A DNA stretch of 64,000 nucleotides. Source: Mobula hypostoma (Eukaryota). Of the stretch, positions 25,991 to 39,550 are shown one piece after another; position 1 is the first letter of the stretch; every line of letters starts with the position of its first letter. The DNA lies in assembly GCF_963921235.1 (NCBI RefSeq), contig NC_086097.1, forward strand, positions 213,964,001-214,028,000. The letters are read 5' to 3'. The position numbers and the translations under genes were made by a program. The notes under the pieces were generated by a model. That model did not search any database. It worked only from the letters and a program-made list of their open reading frames with translations, and was not told where the DNA came from.

Positions 25991-26432
25991 ACACACACAG
26001 AATGCTGGAGGAATGTAGCAAGGCGGTGCTGGACCCTTCAGTGGGACTGGAAAGGAAGGGGGAAGAAGTCAGCACGAGAAGGTGGGGGGAGGGGATGGAG
26101 TACAAGCTAGAAGATGATGTGAAACCGGGTGACGGGGGACATAGGTTGGTGGGGGAGGGGGTGATGAAGTGAGAAGCTGGGAGGTGATTGGTGGAAATGG
26201 TAGATGGCTGAAGAAGAAGGAATCTGATAGGAGAGGAGAGTGGACCATGGGAGAGAGGGAAGGAGGAGGGGCTCCATAGGAAGGTAATAGGCAAGTGAGG
26301 AGGAGTATGAGGGGAATCAGAATGGGGAATGGGAAAAGAGAGGAGGGGGAGAGGGGAGAAATTACCAGACGTTAGAGAAATTGATATTCATGCTGTCAGG
26401 TTGGAGGCTACCCAGACAAAATAAGAGGTGTT
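25991..26432 (-). mobile_element. Penelope-like element 3' fragment inserted in a CR1 tail
   Basis: Same 3' region as the other PLEs; hammerhead partly deleted. Both flanks are CR1-tail-like. Confidence 0.75.
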
Positions 26433-26994
26433 GCAGGGGTTCCTTGGTCTCTCTCTCTTGCTCTGCCACTCATTATGATCAGTTTGATCTATCCCACATC
26501 TCAACTCTTTCAGTGTGCCAGATTTTCATTGATATTTATCTGGCAAGCTTTCAAAAATCCAACTCCCTCCACCTAATGATCTAGCATTTGGGTAGCAACG
26601 TTCAGAGATTCAGTACTCTCCCCAGGAGCCATAGCAAGAAAGGTTAGTCAACCATCAGGGCATGGGTAATGCAACCTCACCAAAACGGCAGAAAGGAGGT
26701 CTACCAGGCACTCCAGGACAATGGAGTGGGAAGGCAGAGCGTCCTGCAAAAGTGTAGCTATGCCCTAGCAATGAGATGACAGAGACACAGAGACAGAAGG
26801 CAGGATTACAGCTACTCCAAAGGATACCAGGTTCTGGCCTGAGCCACCACCACAGGTAGCAAGCACTATGTCAAGGAGAAAGGTGATAGCGGGAAGAGTG
26901 AAGAGAAGGGAGAGTATATTGAACAGCTTAATGAGGAGATTAAAACTCTATGTATTACAGCTTCAGGGCACCTCACCAAGGTCAAGGCAAACTT

Positions 26995-27895
26995 TTTAGA
27001 GTACAGCACTGAAACAAGTCCTTCGGCAAATCTAGTCCAGGTCAAATCTATTTAAACTGCCTACTCCTATCAACCTGCACCGGGGTCACAGCCCTCTATA
27101 ACCCTACCATCCATGTTCCTATCCAAACTTCCCTTAAATGTTGAAATCAAGCTCACGTGGTTGCTTATTTCACACTCTTACAACCCTCTGAGTGAAGAAG
27201 TTTTCCCCTCATTTTCCCCTTAAACTTCTCACCTTTCATCCTTAATCCATGACCTCTGGATGTAGTCCATCCAACTGCTGTAGAAAAAGCCTGCTTGCAT
27301 TTACCCTATATATACCGCTCATAATTCTGTATATCTCTATCAAATTTTCTCTCAATCTTCTATGCTCTAAAGAATACGGTCCTAACCTATTCAGTCTTAT
27401 CATTCAGGTCCTCCAGACCTGACAACATCCTTGTGAATTTTCTCTGTAGTCTTTCAACCTTGTTTGCCACTTTCCTGTAGGTAGGTGACCAAAACTGCAC
27501 AAAATACTCCAAATTAGGCTTCACCAACATCTTACACAACCTCAACATAATATCCCATCTTCTGTACTCTGTACATTGATTTATGAAGGCTAATATATCA
27601 AAAGCTTTCTTTACAACCCTATTTACCTGCCTTGGCACTTTAAACAAATTATGGGCCTATATTCCCAGATCCCTTTGTTCTAACACACTGCTCAGTGCCC
27701 TACCGTTCACTGTGTAAGACCTGGTTCGTCCTACCAAAGTGCAAAACCTTGTCTGCATTAAATCCCATTTCTCCAGCTGATGCTGATCTCTCTGCAAGCC
27801 ATGGTAGCCTTTCTCTCTGTGCTCTACACCCCCAGTCTGGGTGCCATCCGTGAATTTGCTGATCCAGTTAACCACATTGTCATCCAGGTCATTGA
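26995..27895 (-). mobile_element. CR1-type LINE 3' fragment
   Basis: Minus ORFs WISKFTDGT and LVKPNLEYFVQFWSPTYRK. Confidence 0.85.
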
Positions 27896-27899
27896 TACA

Positions 27900-29075
27900 A
27901 AGGACCCCCTGTATGAGTGCAGTGTACTACACCTCTACAAATATGGTTGCACTTCTAAAGGTGGTCCTGACGGTGATCAATCCATGTAGGTAACAGTGAT
28001 CACTTCGCTGGCCTAAACAGGCTGCTGCAGGTGGACAATTGAACAAGCATGCTGAGGAGGGTAGCAACTGACTGTAGCTTGTTGAGGAGATGACGCACAA
28101 AAGCATCTGTTCTGGGCTTGTTAATATGTGATTCTGCTCTAAGCCCGTGGCAACCCATCTTCCAACAGATCACGCTGCTGCCGCGCGCATTCCTGCTCAC
28201 TGCTCTGGCAACGACTTCAAAACATTATTGAAGCAATGGGTGATCTAGTGGAGGCATTTGCAAACTGGATGCTCCATTCAGGCTCCTGACTGAAGTAGTA
28301 AAAGTTTGCTAAGCTCTAAAAACAGAGCATCTAGTTATCTGTCAGTTTCAGACAGGGTAACTCATTTGTTCTTGGATACACGTCCTGTTTGTGTTTCAAA
28401 TCCTCACAGTCAGATACATAGTCACACAAGTAGTTTTCTGACCATTGCCTCCTACTGAGTTGATTGTCACCTATAGGAAAACCAGAAGGATGGCAGGGGA
28501 TATGGAAGCTAAAAGTAGAACTGATGTCCACAGAAAACATCAAGGAACTTAAAAGAGATTACATAGATTGGAGAAATGAAAAACTTCTCTTTGATTCCCT
28601 GGATCACTGGTGGGAATCAATTAAAGAAAACATCAAAGGATTTGTCATCTTCAAAGGTGTTTAGAAGGCAGGAAAGAGTCAGAGGGAAATTTGCCAACAC
28701 CAGAAAAGCTTACAGAATCTGCTTCTTCTATGGTCATTGGAGTGGGTGTCGAGGGAGAGCTACAGCCTCACTCTTGGCCTTGGAGTACTCCAAGACTACC
28801 TTTTGATTCAGAGTCTTCACTGTGGACCGGGATGAGATGTGTTTGCATTTCTTCTGTCTAAGTCCTAGCAGAGGGAGCAACAGGTTTAAGGAAGATGATG
28901 ACTTTGCAACATCCCAGCAGTCTGATGTTACAGGATCTGCAAATCCTATGCCAAGCTATACAGTTTGAAAACCACAGACAGCATAGTCTCCCACAACTTA
29001 CCGTTCTCATTCTTGAATAGTGTCTGGACCAGCTATTAACTCTGGATGAGCTTGTGGAAGATTGAATCCACAAAT
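27900..29075 (+). mobile_element. Tx1/L1-clade LINE ORF2 fragment (APE endonuclease end and linker), decayed
   Basis: GNDF(K) (GDFN-like), FSDHCLLL, then GIWKLKVELM...DHWWESIKENIK, typical of Tx1/L1 ORF2. May continue 5' at ~26620-26990 across the CR1 insertion. Confidence 0.6.
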
Positions 29076-29882
29076 TATAATTTTTTAAATTTGTAGATAT
29101 AATAATATATCAGAAGCAATAACAGGATATCACATGGTATTTTCAATATGCACAATCATCCTCATTTAAAATGATTATGTCTAAGGGCTGTTGTGACTGT
29201 GATCATAGTCACTGGAGAGATGCTGAAACTGGTGATACAGAAGTCTTTATTCAGCACAACAAGCAGACGTCATTCTCATCGAGATCCTCTCAATTGAGGC
29301 TCACAAACCCAAAGGTACATTATATTTTTATACCCTTAAAATCAAAGGTAACAGTAGGCGATTCAATACAATTTCAATGGTTACAATGACACTGTTTCCT
29401 TCAATACTTTGGGTTGACAAATGGTTCCTTTGAGATACATAGTGGAAGTACATTGTAATTGATAGTGCATCTCTGAAGGCCTAGGTGAATTTGGGGAAAA
29501 GCTAATTAACATAAATATTAGACTATAAGGCCATAAGACATAGGAGCAGAATTGGGCTCTTTGGCATCTCAAATGTGCTCTGCCGTTCCATCATGACTGA
29601 TTTATTATCACTCTCAACCCTATTGTCCTGACTTCTCTCCATACAGATTCACCATCCTCTGGCTAAAGGACTTCCTCCTCATCTCTGTTCTAAATGGACG
29701 TTCTTCTGTTCTGAGTCTGTACTTTCTGGAAACATCCTCCGTGCATCCATTCTATCTAGGCCTTTCAATATTCAATAGGTATCAATGAGAACCCTCCCCT
29801 CTTCCTTCTTCCAAATGACCAAATGGCCTAAACCTGCTCCTATATCTTAATTTGTCATATCACGATTCAATAATAACACATT

Positions 29883-32800
29883 TGTAGGGTAACATAATTG
29901 GGAGAAATGTACACAATTCTCAAACATTGACACTTGGGGTTTCACTTTAAGAGGCTGGTCTGACATGATGACATTATTACGCAAAGATTTTTAACACAAT
30001 TTTGTGCTAAGGTTATGGCATTTGATAAAATGTGTTACAGGTTTCACTAAACATAAAACGCTTGACTTTGTTTGATTTGCAAAAACCTACATTGGTGACC
30101 CCCGATGCACTAGAACTATTCCAGAGTTAATCAACATGTTGGCTAATGCAGTTGCTTTGAAGCTGCTGGTGTTTTGGGAGCAGAATGCTGTTGCTTGGTT
30201 TGTACAAGCTGAGGCTTAGTACGTGCTGTGAGAAATCACCACCGATGACACCAAATTCCACTACGTGGTATCGTCACTTGGCAACTCCACAGCTGCAAGG
30301 GTAGTGAGTCTACTAGAACACCTGAACACAATAATACTGGTTGCTGAAAACTTACCTTTCACAAACTTTTGGACTATCAGAGTCTGAGCGTGCCGAACAG
30401 TTGTTATCTGTACCCGGCCTCGACAATGCTAAGCCGTCAAAACTAATGTGGACCTCATGCTGTCTCTCCTGGGAAATCACCATCCTTGTTTTACTTTTAA
30501 AGAACTCTTCATGCAGCAAGTGCCTGAGCAAGTTCGCATAGCCCTTGCTAATGCACCTGTGAAGGACTATACAGAGCTTGCTAGAATGGCGGATAGTCTA
30601 CACTCAGCTCGGCAGCAGTGCATCATTCCTCCTCCTTTCTCTACTTCATTAAGCCTGGCTAGCAAGGCTTCCAACATAAGCATGCCCATGTCTGCAAGAC
30701 AAACAATGCCAGGCCTGTGCTTTCACCATGCCCACTTTGGTATGAACACTAAGAAGTGCCGACTGCCTTTCAGCTTCAACAGTTCCAATGCATTGGGACT
30801 TCAGAGGTCTGTGAACACTGTGGGTTCCAGCTGTCAGGGTCATCTACTGTTCATTACAGACACCCTTTCAGGGCGACGCTTACTGTGTGACAGGGGTGCT
30901 CAAGTGAGTGTGCTGCCAGCCTCACCTACCGATGAGAAGGCAAAGAGCGACAAACCTCACTGGAGGCCGCCAAGGGCAGCAGGATCCAGACGTACGGGAC
31001 ACAACACGTGACACTGCTCCAGTGGGCTATGTTACATGTGGGACTTCGTTCTGGCTAAAGTGGCTAGACCGCTGCTTGGTGCAAGTTTCCTGTTAATCAG
31101 TCATAATAACTGCTGGCTGCTGGATGTCAAGGACTTCAGGTCGTTACCCTGCTCCCCCAGTAAGTTCCCCGCAACGACTCTGTCAAGCGCATGCACCATT
31201 GCCTGTGAGTTTACTTAGCTTCTGGGTGGATTCCGAAACCTCGCCAAGTCCATGTTTTCTACTACAGTCACAAAACATGGTGTTGAGGACCACATTCCCA
31301 CAACTGGCCCACCAGTCCATGCCCACATGCGTAGACTGGACCCAGAAAAGCTGACAACCAAGAAGGCTGAGTTTGCCAGCATGGGAAGTCTTGGCATTAT
31401 ATACCAGTTGAGTAGCCCCTGGGCTTCACCCGCCATATGGTCCCTCAGTCCGATGGCCTTTGCTGCCCATGTGGTGATTACCGACACCTTAATATGGCCG
31501 CCACCCCTGATCATTACTCAGTTCCACACATCAAGGTCTTTTCAGCTCATTTAGCGTGAAAGTTCATTTTTTTCAAAGTTGATCTAGTTAGGGGCTACCA
31601 TCAAGTGCCTGTGTGCTCGGAGGACATTCCCAAAACAGCTGTGATAACCCTGCTTGATCTTTTTGAGTTTTTGTCCATGCTGTTTGGACTGAAAAATGCA
31701 GCACAGTCTTTCCAACTGCTGATGGACTCTGCAATAAAAGACTTAGATTTTCTGAAGTTTACCTGGATAACATACTTGTCACCAGTGCGTCCAAAATTGA
31801 ACACATATCTCATCTCTGCACACTTTTCAAGCACCAAAGCCAGCATGGGTTGATTATTAACGCTACTAAATGCCATTTTGTGTTGTCTACCATTGACTTT
31901 CTCGGCCATCGGATCTCCACAGAAGGTGTGAAATCCCTCCCATCAAAAGTAGCCACTGTTATGGATTTCCAATGCAATGCACTACAAAAAATCTATGGGA
32001 GTTTTTAGGTATGGTAAATTTCTATCACTGCTTCATTTTGCAAGCTGATGAACTTGGGCTCCCTCTGTGTAGTGTACTTAAAGGCAATACCCTTAATTAA
32101 GTCCTTTACTGGTTAGCGGACATGACCAGGGCATTTGATGATACAAAACGAGCTCTTTCTAATGCTACCATACTGGCACACCTGCTCCCCAATGCACCCA
32201 TAGACATTACTCCTGATGCCTCAGACTATGTTGTGGGTGATGTGCATGAACAGCTGGTCAAAGGCATGAGGCATCCACTCGCCTTCTTCAGCCAGCTGCT
32301 CCGTCCCCCCGAAAGGAAGTAGACCATGAGCTTCTCGGTCTTTATCTGGTTGTCTGCCATTTTCATTTTCTTCTAGAGGGTCGCCATTTCCCAGCGTTCA
32401 TTGACCACAAACCCATCTTGCATGCAATAGCCAAAATACCAGACCCTTGGTCTGCACGGCAGCAATGTCACTTGGCCTGTGTATCTGAGTTCATCACTGA
32501 TATACAACACATCAAGGGGAAACGTAATGCTGTGGCCTATTACCTCTCACGGTGAGCCATTGAGGCCATACACACGGAGGATGACTATGCTGACATGGCA
32601 GCCGACCAAGTTACTGACCCTGAGGTCCAGGCTTACTGAACAGCAGTCACAGGCCAACATTAAGTTCAGTGAAACTGGTGTTTCTCTCCTGTGTGATGTC
32701 TCATCTGGTCGCCCTCGCCCCGTTGTGCCCCCAGACTGGAGCCAGACTGTTTATTGACTCCATACATGGCCTCTCTCATCCGGGCTGGAAGGCCTCACAG

Positions 32801-34039
32801 AAACTGTTGCACTAAGGTTTGTGTGGCATGGCCTCAGGAAAGACATGGGTGTTTGGATTGCAGCCTGTGTGGAGTGCCAGTAGGCAAAAAATTAACCATC
32901 ATGTGCATCATTGGCATCTTTTAAGTCCTTGAGCGATGGTTTGACCATGTCGATGTGGATCCTGCTGGTCCTTTCTTCCCCCCCCCCAGTTTCACACACC
33001 TCCTTACCTTGGTGGACCATACCTCCAGGTAGCCAGAGGCCCCCTTTAGCAAAGACGATGGCCACAGATGTGGATCGGGCAGTGGTCAGCACCTGGGCTG
33101 CTCAGTTTGGCACCCCATCTGATACCTCCTCTGACCGCAGTCCCCATTTCAGACCTCTGGGCTGCGAAGGCCCAGCAGCTCAGCATTAGGCTATATCACA
33201 CCACGGCGTATCAACCGCAGTCCAATGGCCTATGCGAGCAGTTTGACTGCTTCTTAAAGGCTGCTCTGAGGATTTCCCTGGGTCCTGCTGAGACCCAGAG
33301 GATGTGCAGTTTGCCGTGGTTGAGTAGGTATATAGGCAGTCGTTACAAATGCCAGGTGACTTCATTCCTGATGCCACCACTGCCAGGTCGGCCTCCCAAC
33401 AGTGGTCCACCCATCTCAGTAAATTCAATTCCTTCTCACCTATTCTCACCCCCCTCACGGTGTACAGCGCTTTTGGGTCCCTGTTGACCTACATTCTGCC
33501 TTGCTTGTTTTCTTCTGCCATGATGCACACCAACATCCCCTTAGGCTCCCTTACGATGGCCCGTTCCACCTATTGGAATGGGGAGAAAAGACTTACATTA
33601 TAGGTAAGAGAGGTATACCCGAATGTATTTCAGTAGATCACCTTAAACCAGGCCAAGGTTTGGAGTGTTCCACTGCTATGCAGCTGGCATCACAACATGA
33701 CCACGAGCATGTCAATGCACCTCTGGACCAGCCGGACAGTCCTTCTCTTCCTCCACCCATGGAAACAGGAGCCGAGCCAGGTGGCTCATCGGAGCTCCAG
33801 AGAGCCCCACAAGGCCGGTTTTGGTGAGTTCTGTGGGGTGGGGGGTAGCCTGTGTAGGGTAATGTCATTGGAAGAAATTCACTACTACTGACACTGAGTT
33901 GGGGATTCACTTTAAGGGGCTATTATTACGTAAACATTTTAGTGAGATTTTGTGTTTACGTTATGGAGTACAATAAAATGTGTTATGGGCTTCATTAAAC
34001 TTAAAATGCCTCACTTTGTTTTATTTGCAAAAGCCTACA
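29883..34039 (+). mobile_element. Gypsy/Ty3 LTR retrotransposon, structurally complete, coding region decayed (CsRn1-clade-like)
   Basis: LTRs TGTAGGG...CCTACA at 29883-30091 and 33853-34039. 4-bp TSD CATT. PBS TGGTGACCCC(C)GA at 30093. G-rich PPT before the 3' LTR. Domain order gag - PR (LCDRGAQVSVLP) - RT (GYHQVP, EDIPKTA, FGLKNAAQSFQ) - RNaseH (DASDY) - IN (TTAYQPQSNGLCE, PYDGPF). Confidence 0.93.
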
Positions 34040-35032
34040 CATTTATATTTGATACCCCATGAAACCAGGAGCAGGTCTAGGCATGATCATTTGACTGGAT
34101 CCTGATTTATGAAATATTAGCACGACAAATCACTTAAGCTGCAAATACTGCAAAACAACTGACATTATTTGACCATAAGCTCATAAAACATAGGAGCAGA
34201 ATCAGGCCATTCAGCCCATTGTCTTCTCTGCCATTTCATCATGGCTAATTTATTATCCCACACAACCTCATTCTCCTTCCTTCTTCCCATAACCTTTGAC
34301 ACTCTTACTAATAGAGAACTTATCAACCTCCGCTTTAAATATCCTCAATGAGGGCCTCCACAGCCATCTGTGACAAAGAATTCTCCTTAAGATAATTCAG
34401 GAGACAAAATTAATTCTACCTAAATTGACAATTACAGTACTTACAGCAGCTATTCAAATTAATCCTGAAATATGACATTGCTTGGAAGGTGCAGTTCATT
34501 TCAGCTCCATGTCCTATAACACTCAGTTAAATATTACTTACATTTAATTTGTTGTCTTAAAAGTAGATCTCTCCCAAATATTACATCATAATAACCTTAA
34601 CCATTTGTTGAAGTATGCTGCATATTTTAAACAGTTCCTCTTTTCAGCAGCTTAGTTTCTGACCTCAGAATGTGGGTAGGCTTCATAGAAATACATCGGA
34701 AAAAATAGCTTAGAATGGCTTCTGATGAGGATTCATATTTAAGAAGCCCTGGAAACTTATTGTTTATGATGTCTAATATTAGGCTATTTTTTCGGTTGTA
34801 CTCCAGCTCCAGCGTTATGGATTTAAATATAATGCAATATTTTCTTGCACAACTGACGTATGTACAAATTTGTCTTTGACCGATATCTCTAGATATATTT
34901 GAGAGTGTTGGTGACTGAAAGTCCTCTTCTCTTGGCCATTTAGTTTTGTTAAAGTCAGTGGAATGGAATGGCAAGAGCTGAGTATAGATGATACACACAC
35001 AAGCGATCAAGCACCAACGAAAGTTAATAATA

Positions 35033-35462
35033 AGCATGAAATTCTGCTGATGCTGGAAGTCCGAGGCGACACACACAAAATGCTGAAGGAACTCAACCTG
35101 ATGGCATGAATATCAATTGCTCTTTCTGGTAAAAAAAAAGATTTTGCCTCCCTATCCACTCATCTTCTATTCTTCACTTTGGCCCCTTACCTCTTCTCAC
35201 CTGCCTATCACCTCCCCCGGCTTCCCTCCTTCTCCTCTTTCTCTTGTGTCTATTCTCCTCTCCTATCAGATCCTCCATCTTCAGCCTTTACCTTTTCTAT
35301 CTATCTGGCTGTCCTCTTTCCCCTCCACCCACCTTTTTATTCTAGTGTCTTCCCCTTTCCTTTCCTGCCCTGAAGAAGGGTCTTGACACAAAATATCGAC
35401 TGTTTATTCAACTGCATAGATGTTGCTTGACTTGCTGATTTCCTCCAGCATTTTGTGTGTGT
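35033..35462. mobile_element. PLE 3' fragment with inverted 5' segment
   Basis: Minus-orientation terminus (~35033-35097) joined to a plus-orientation 3' region with a degenerate hammerhead (~35368-35401). Confidence 0.75.
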
Positions 35463-36842
35463 TCCAGTGAAACTTAATTCCTTGTTTCTGAGCACTTTTC
35501 CCCCTGAAATGGCATTTTAACAATTTGTGATGCTAATTGTATCTGTTAAGGAAAAAATAGAATTATGATTTATATGCTTCATTTGTGAAAGCATTCGGTG
35601 TTGTTTATGTCCAATCTACTGAGGTTTGGGACAGGCAATGAATAAAGCTAAAATTCTAACTATTCCTTTCTCAAAAGATTTAATCTTCATTCCTACTGTA
35701 GCGGAAGCCAGTAGTTAAGAAACCATACGTAGCCTGGCAAAATTTGATTTATACAGCTTCGCTGCAGGCTGAGCTCTTAAGAGGCAGGAGCTGGCTCTGT
35801 GCACATGTACCTATAAATTTCACTTTCACCATTAAATTTTAAATGCATTTTGAGTTTACCCAGGAGCAACTCATAGCGACAGCGTAACTACACCCTTGAT
35901 AAAAGGTTCTTTTACAAGAAGCTGCTAATGTGTAAAACATGGACAATGTTATATTAAATGTATTAGTCCAAGACTGGCATTTATACAAGACCACCCACAC
36001 TGACTTATGCCAGTGTAGTATTCCATGGTTGGTGGACTGAATGTTATGCACATTTTAATGTTAACTTAGAAAAATTAAAAGCATCTTTTCTTTAAAAGTT
36101 CTTTTAGAATTTTGCTTTGCACTGATTGCATTTATACTGCATTAGACATGCTAATTTAGTACAGGGACACTAATTTCCACAGTTATTCTGTTTCACACTC
36201 TTTTCAAAATTGCAGCTAGGTTTATATTAGGCCCAAACTGCTTCCTATTAATACAAAAGAACTAACAAATGTCCTTATAAGGAACTTTTCAATATTTAAT
36301 GGTACTGAATGAAATATTTGTAGGTCCTCCCCCGACTGTAGTTGCATGATTTATGTACAGCCCCTGTTTGGGAGATCTGTGGGATGGATTTGTTGGATGC
36401 TGTGATGCTGTAGGCATCTTGTGCCACTTGAGAACTCAGATCACAGCTTCATTTTCGACTAGTAAACTTTCAGGTTACAAACAGTCCACTGGAATTGAAA
36501 TCTGCCACAGCATGGACCTGAACCTGGAGCACCAAAAAGGTCCTCGTATAAGCACCAATATAATCTAATTTTATCAGATTGTGCATTATAAATTGATCCT
36601 AATAATATCAAAAAGCTGTGGGGAATCTGAACTATTGTAAGACTGAAATTGGAAAAAAATAATTCAGGATTTTAGTATTGGTTTGGAAAATGTTTTGTGT
36701 ATAAGAAAGCAATGAGCTAATAGCTGAAATACATCCTTTCAAAAGTGAAATCTCAAAGTTCGCATCTTGTTTCAAAATTATGCTCCACAGACCATGGGGG
36801 AGAATTCTAACCCCTTTATTCTTGTATGGCACTCTCTTTCAG

Positions 36843-37017
36843 GAATACCTTTGTGGACATTCTCCGAGCTATTCTTCTGTCCCTGGAAATTCTTATTGAA
36901 GATCCAGAGTTACAGATAAATGGATTTGTGCTAATTATAGACTGGAGTAATTTCACATTCAAACAAGCCTCCAAACTGACTCCCACTATACTAAGACTAG
37001 CCATAGAGGGATTGCAG
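36843..37017 (+). CDS. CLVS1: Clavesin coding exon 2 (175 nt)
   Basis: Acceptor ctctctttcAG (36841-36842). The first G completes the Arg codon from exon 1, then [58 protein letters not shown]. Donor CAG|GTCAGT. Confidence 0.93.
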
Positions 37018-37902
37018 GTCAGTGATTCTGCACGTTTATTTTCCTTCTTGATTTTGGAATGAGAAGTTTCAATGTTTTACAAACTGTAATCTCCACGGCT
37101 TTTGAGTAAATATAATACGTGTCCCATTGGCTCATTAGCTAAATAAAGCACAATAAAAGGATGTAGCTTCTTGAAAGGTGACTTCCACATCAGTAAAGGG
37201 CACGCTGCAGATGTTAGACACTTCCCAATTATGAGGGAAAGAAACTGGAAACCCAGTTGTTCAGAGACATTACATCTTTTCTCTCAAGTATTCTTTTTAG
37301 AACAGACTTGGCTGACTTTAGCTAAAGGAAGCTGCTTGGCCTCTGTAAGGTTCAGTAGTGGTAAAAAGTAAAATATAATCAAATTGAGAAGTATAGGTAA
37401 GGTTCAGTAAAATAAGGTACTTTAATTAAAAGGGTCGGAGTGGAGAAGCTAAATAGGGTATCACAAAGGGGTAAATCAAAAAGGAAAAAAAAATTGAAAG
37501 CCAACAAGCTTGAGTATTAAAACTACAATGATTTAGCAATAAAAAATTGCACAGGGAATTCCACACTTTTGTGGTCCACCAGAATATTATTAGAATAGGA
37601 GGCAGCCTAATTGTTTTGGTCCATTTTCAATAGATCAAAAGTTTTGTATATTTCCAGCTAAGGTACCACAGGAGGGGGAAAAGCCATTTTCCACTGTGCA
37701 GTCCTGGGAAAAAGAGAATAAAAGAGAGGTTAGAGGCCAGAGGGAAGCAAAAGGTCACATATCAGCAAGCCTTTTCTTGTATTCATATGTGCAACATCCA
37801 GACTGATGAGGAAAGATCAAAAATATCCCAAAGGAAACAGCGAGGGAGAAAGGGGTCGTGCTTCATGCCAGGGTCATCGTGTAGAACTGGTGGAAACCAA
37901 TC

Positions 37903-38034
37903 AGCAAAAACAAAAATTAGGTCGGTAGTGTAGAAGGCAGGGATCAGAGAAATCCTGTTACTATGAGCAAAAACAAAAATTAGGTCGGTAGTGTAGAAGG
38001 CAGGGATCAGAGAAATCCTGTTACTATGAGCAAA
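37903..38034. repeat. Perfect 63-bp tandem duplication
   Basis: 37903-37965 equals 37966-38028, followed by a third AGCAAA. Confidence 0.95.
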
Positions 38035-38144
38035 GAGTAAAGAACTACTGTTGTCAATTGGAAAATAAGAGCTTGACAAGCAAGAGTAAACATTAACAGG
38101 ACTTTTTCTAGTTACCCTGCATCTGAAGAATGTTAGTGAAGGAA

Positions 38145-38662
38145 GTTCAAAAATTCAAAGTTCAAAGAAAATTTATTATCAAAGTAAAACACCTGTGTCT
38201 TACCATATACTACCTTGAGATTTATTTTCTTGAAGGCATTTACAGGAAAGGGAAGCACAATAGAATTTTACAAAAAATACAGGGACGTACAAAGAGTGAC
38301 AAACAACCAATGTATAAAAAACAAACTATGCAAATAAAAATAATACTGAGAGCATGATTTGTAAATAGTCCTTGAAAGTGAGTCTGTAGGTCATAGAATT
38401 AGTTCAAAGTAATGGTGAATGAAGTTATCCACATCAGTTTAGCAGCCTGATGGTTGAAGGGTAATAACTGTTCCTGAATATGGTTGTGGGAAACTGAAGG
38501 CATCTGTACCTCCCTGCCTGATGGTAGTAGTGAGAAGAAGGCATGGCCTGGATGCTGGAGGTCCTCGACGGTGGATGCTGATTTCCTGAGGCAGCTGTTC
38601 ATGTAAATCTACTCAATAGTGGGGAGGTTTTGCCTATGATGGACTGGACTGTATCCACCACT
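38145..38662 (-). mobile_element. Non-LTR retroelement 3' fragment with (tttgaac)n tail
   Basis: Inverted homologue of ~61590-62025; family not assigned. Confidence 0.6.
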
Positions 38663-39377
38663 AGGAAATTCTGCTGCTATGGGGTGAAGAATGATTCCAC
38701 ATTAAGAGGTGGCAGACTAATACAAATAAAATTCATTGATACCTTTTAGTCACAGTACTGGGCTTTGCAGAACCGCAGATGAGGAAATTATGTGCAAAAT
38801 CCTTGCATCCAGCTCATGTGCTGCTTGGGCTGCTGTCAGCGCATTTTCTAATGACCAGATTTTAGATCCATTGAAAAGTGACCTTGCTAAGTTCTTTGCT
38901 TTGTGTTCTTAACACGTAAGAGCCCATCAGGTGAAAAGCACACAGCATTTCTTTCCCCCAGCCATGCTATAGGTGGAGTTTGAAAATTTGCACTTGATAT
39001 GCTAAGTGGGGATGAACAGAGGGAGAAAAGGCTTATCCTGTATCTGTGGAGATGTGGGGAGTTGTGTGCCATAATGTCTTTGTAAGGTCCAACTGAACTC
39101 CAGTTTGCCAAATCTATGACTCCATTAAAATTATTTTTGATTTAAATTAAACAATATCGATCGAAGGTACCCAAGTTTCTTCAGTTTGCTCCATGTAGTT
39201 GATGTTTAAGCATAACAGCTTCTTTTCTTTTAAAAATTCCCTCACCTGTTTTGGATTATCAGCTACATTGGTGCCAGTTTGTTCTAGCAAACAGGCCACC
39301 TAGCCAGATCTTTGTGCAGAGCCGAGCTAGTAAATGGCAGTGGTCCACAGACCAATATCGAACAGCGGTCCTCTAGT

Positions 39378-39550
39378 AAGAGGTGCAGTCGACGTTTCAG
39401 GCCGAGACCCTTCAGTCAGTCCTGACGAAGGGTCTCGGCCTGAAACGTCGACTGCGCCTCTTCCTATAGATGCTGCTTGGCCTGCTGCGTTCACCAGCAA
39501 CTTTGATGTATGTTGCTTGAATTTCCAGCATCTGCAGAATTCCTGTTGTT
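39378..39550 (+). mobile_element. 173-bp PLE-derived fold-back insertion with 14-bp TSD
   Basis: TSD agcggtcctctagt at 39364-39377 and 39551-39564. 36-bp inverted arms at 39378-39413 and 39427-39462. Confidence 0.92.
39417..39454 (+). ncRNA. Minimal type I hammerhead ribozyme motif (PLE-associated), core intact
   Basis: Stem I cagtc/gactg, CUGACGA, stem II agg/cct, GAAA, then loopless palindromic stem III (ACGU) and a GUC triplet. Predicted cleavage after 39449. Confidence 0.8.

Noticed and set aside
29189..29385. Possible solo LTR (TG...CA, minus-strand AATAAA)
   Set aside because: No TSD and no second copy in the window; boundaries cannot be fixed.
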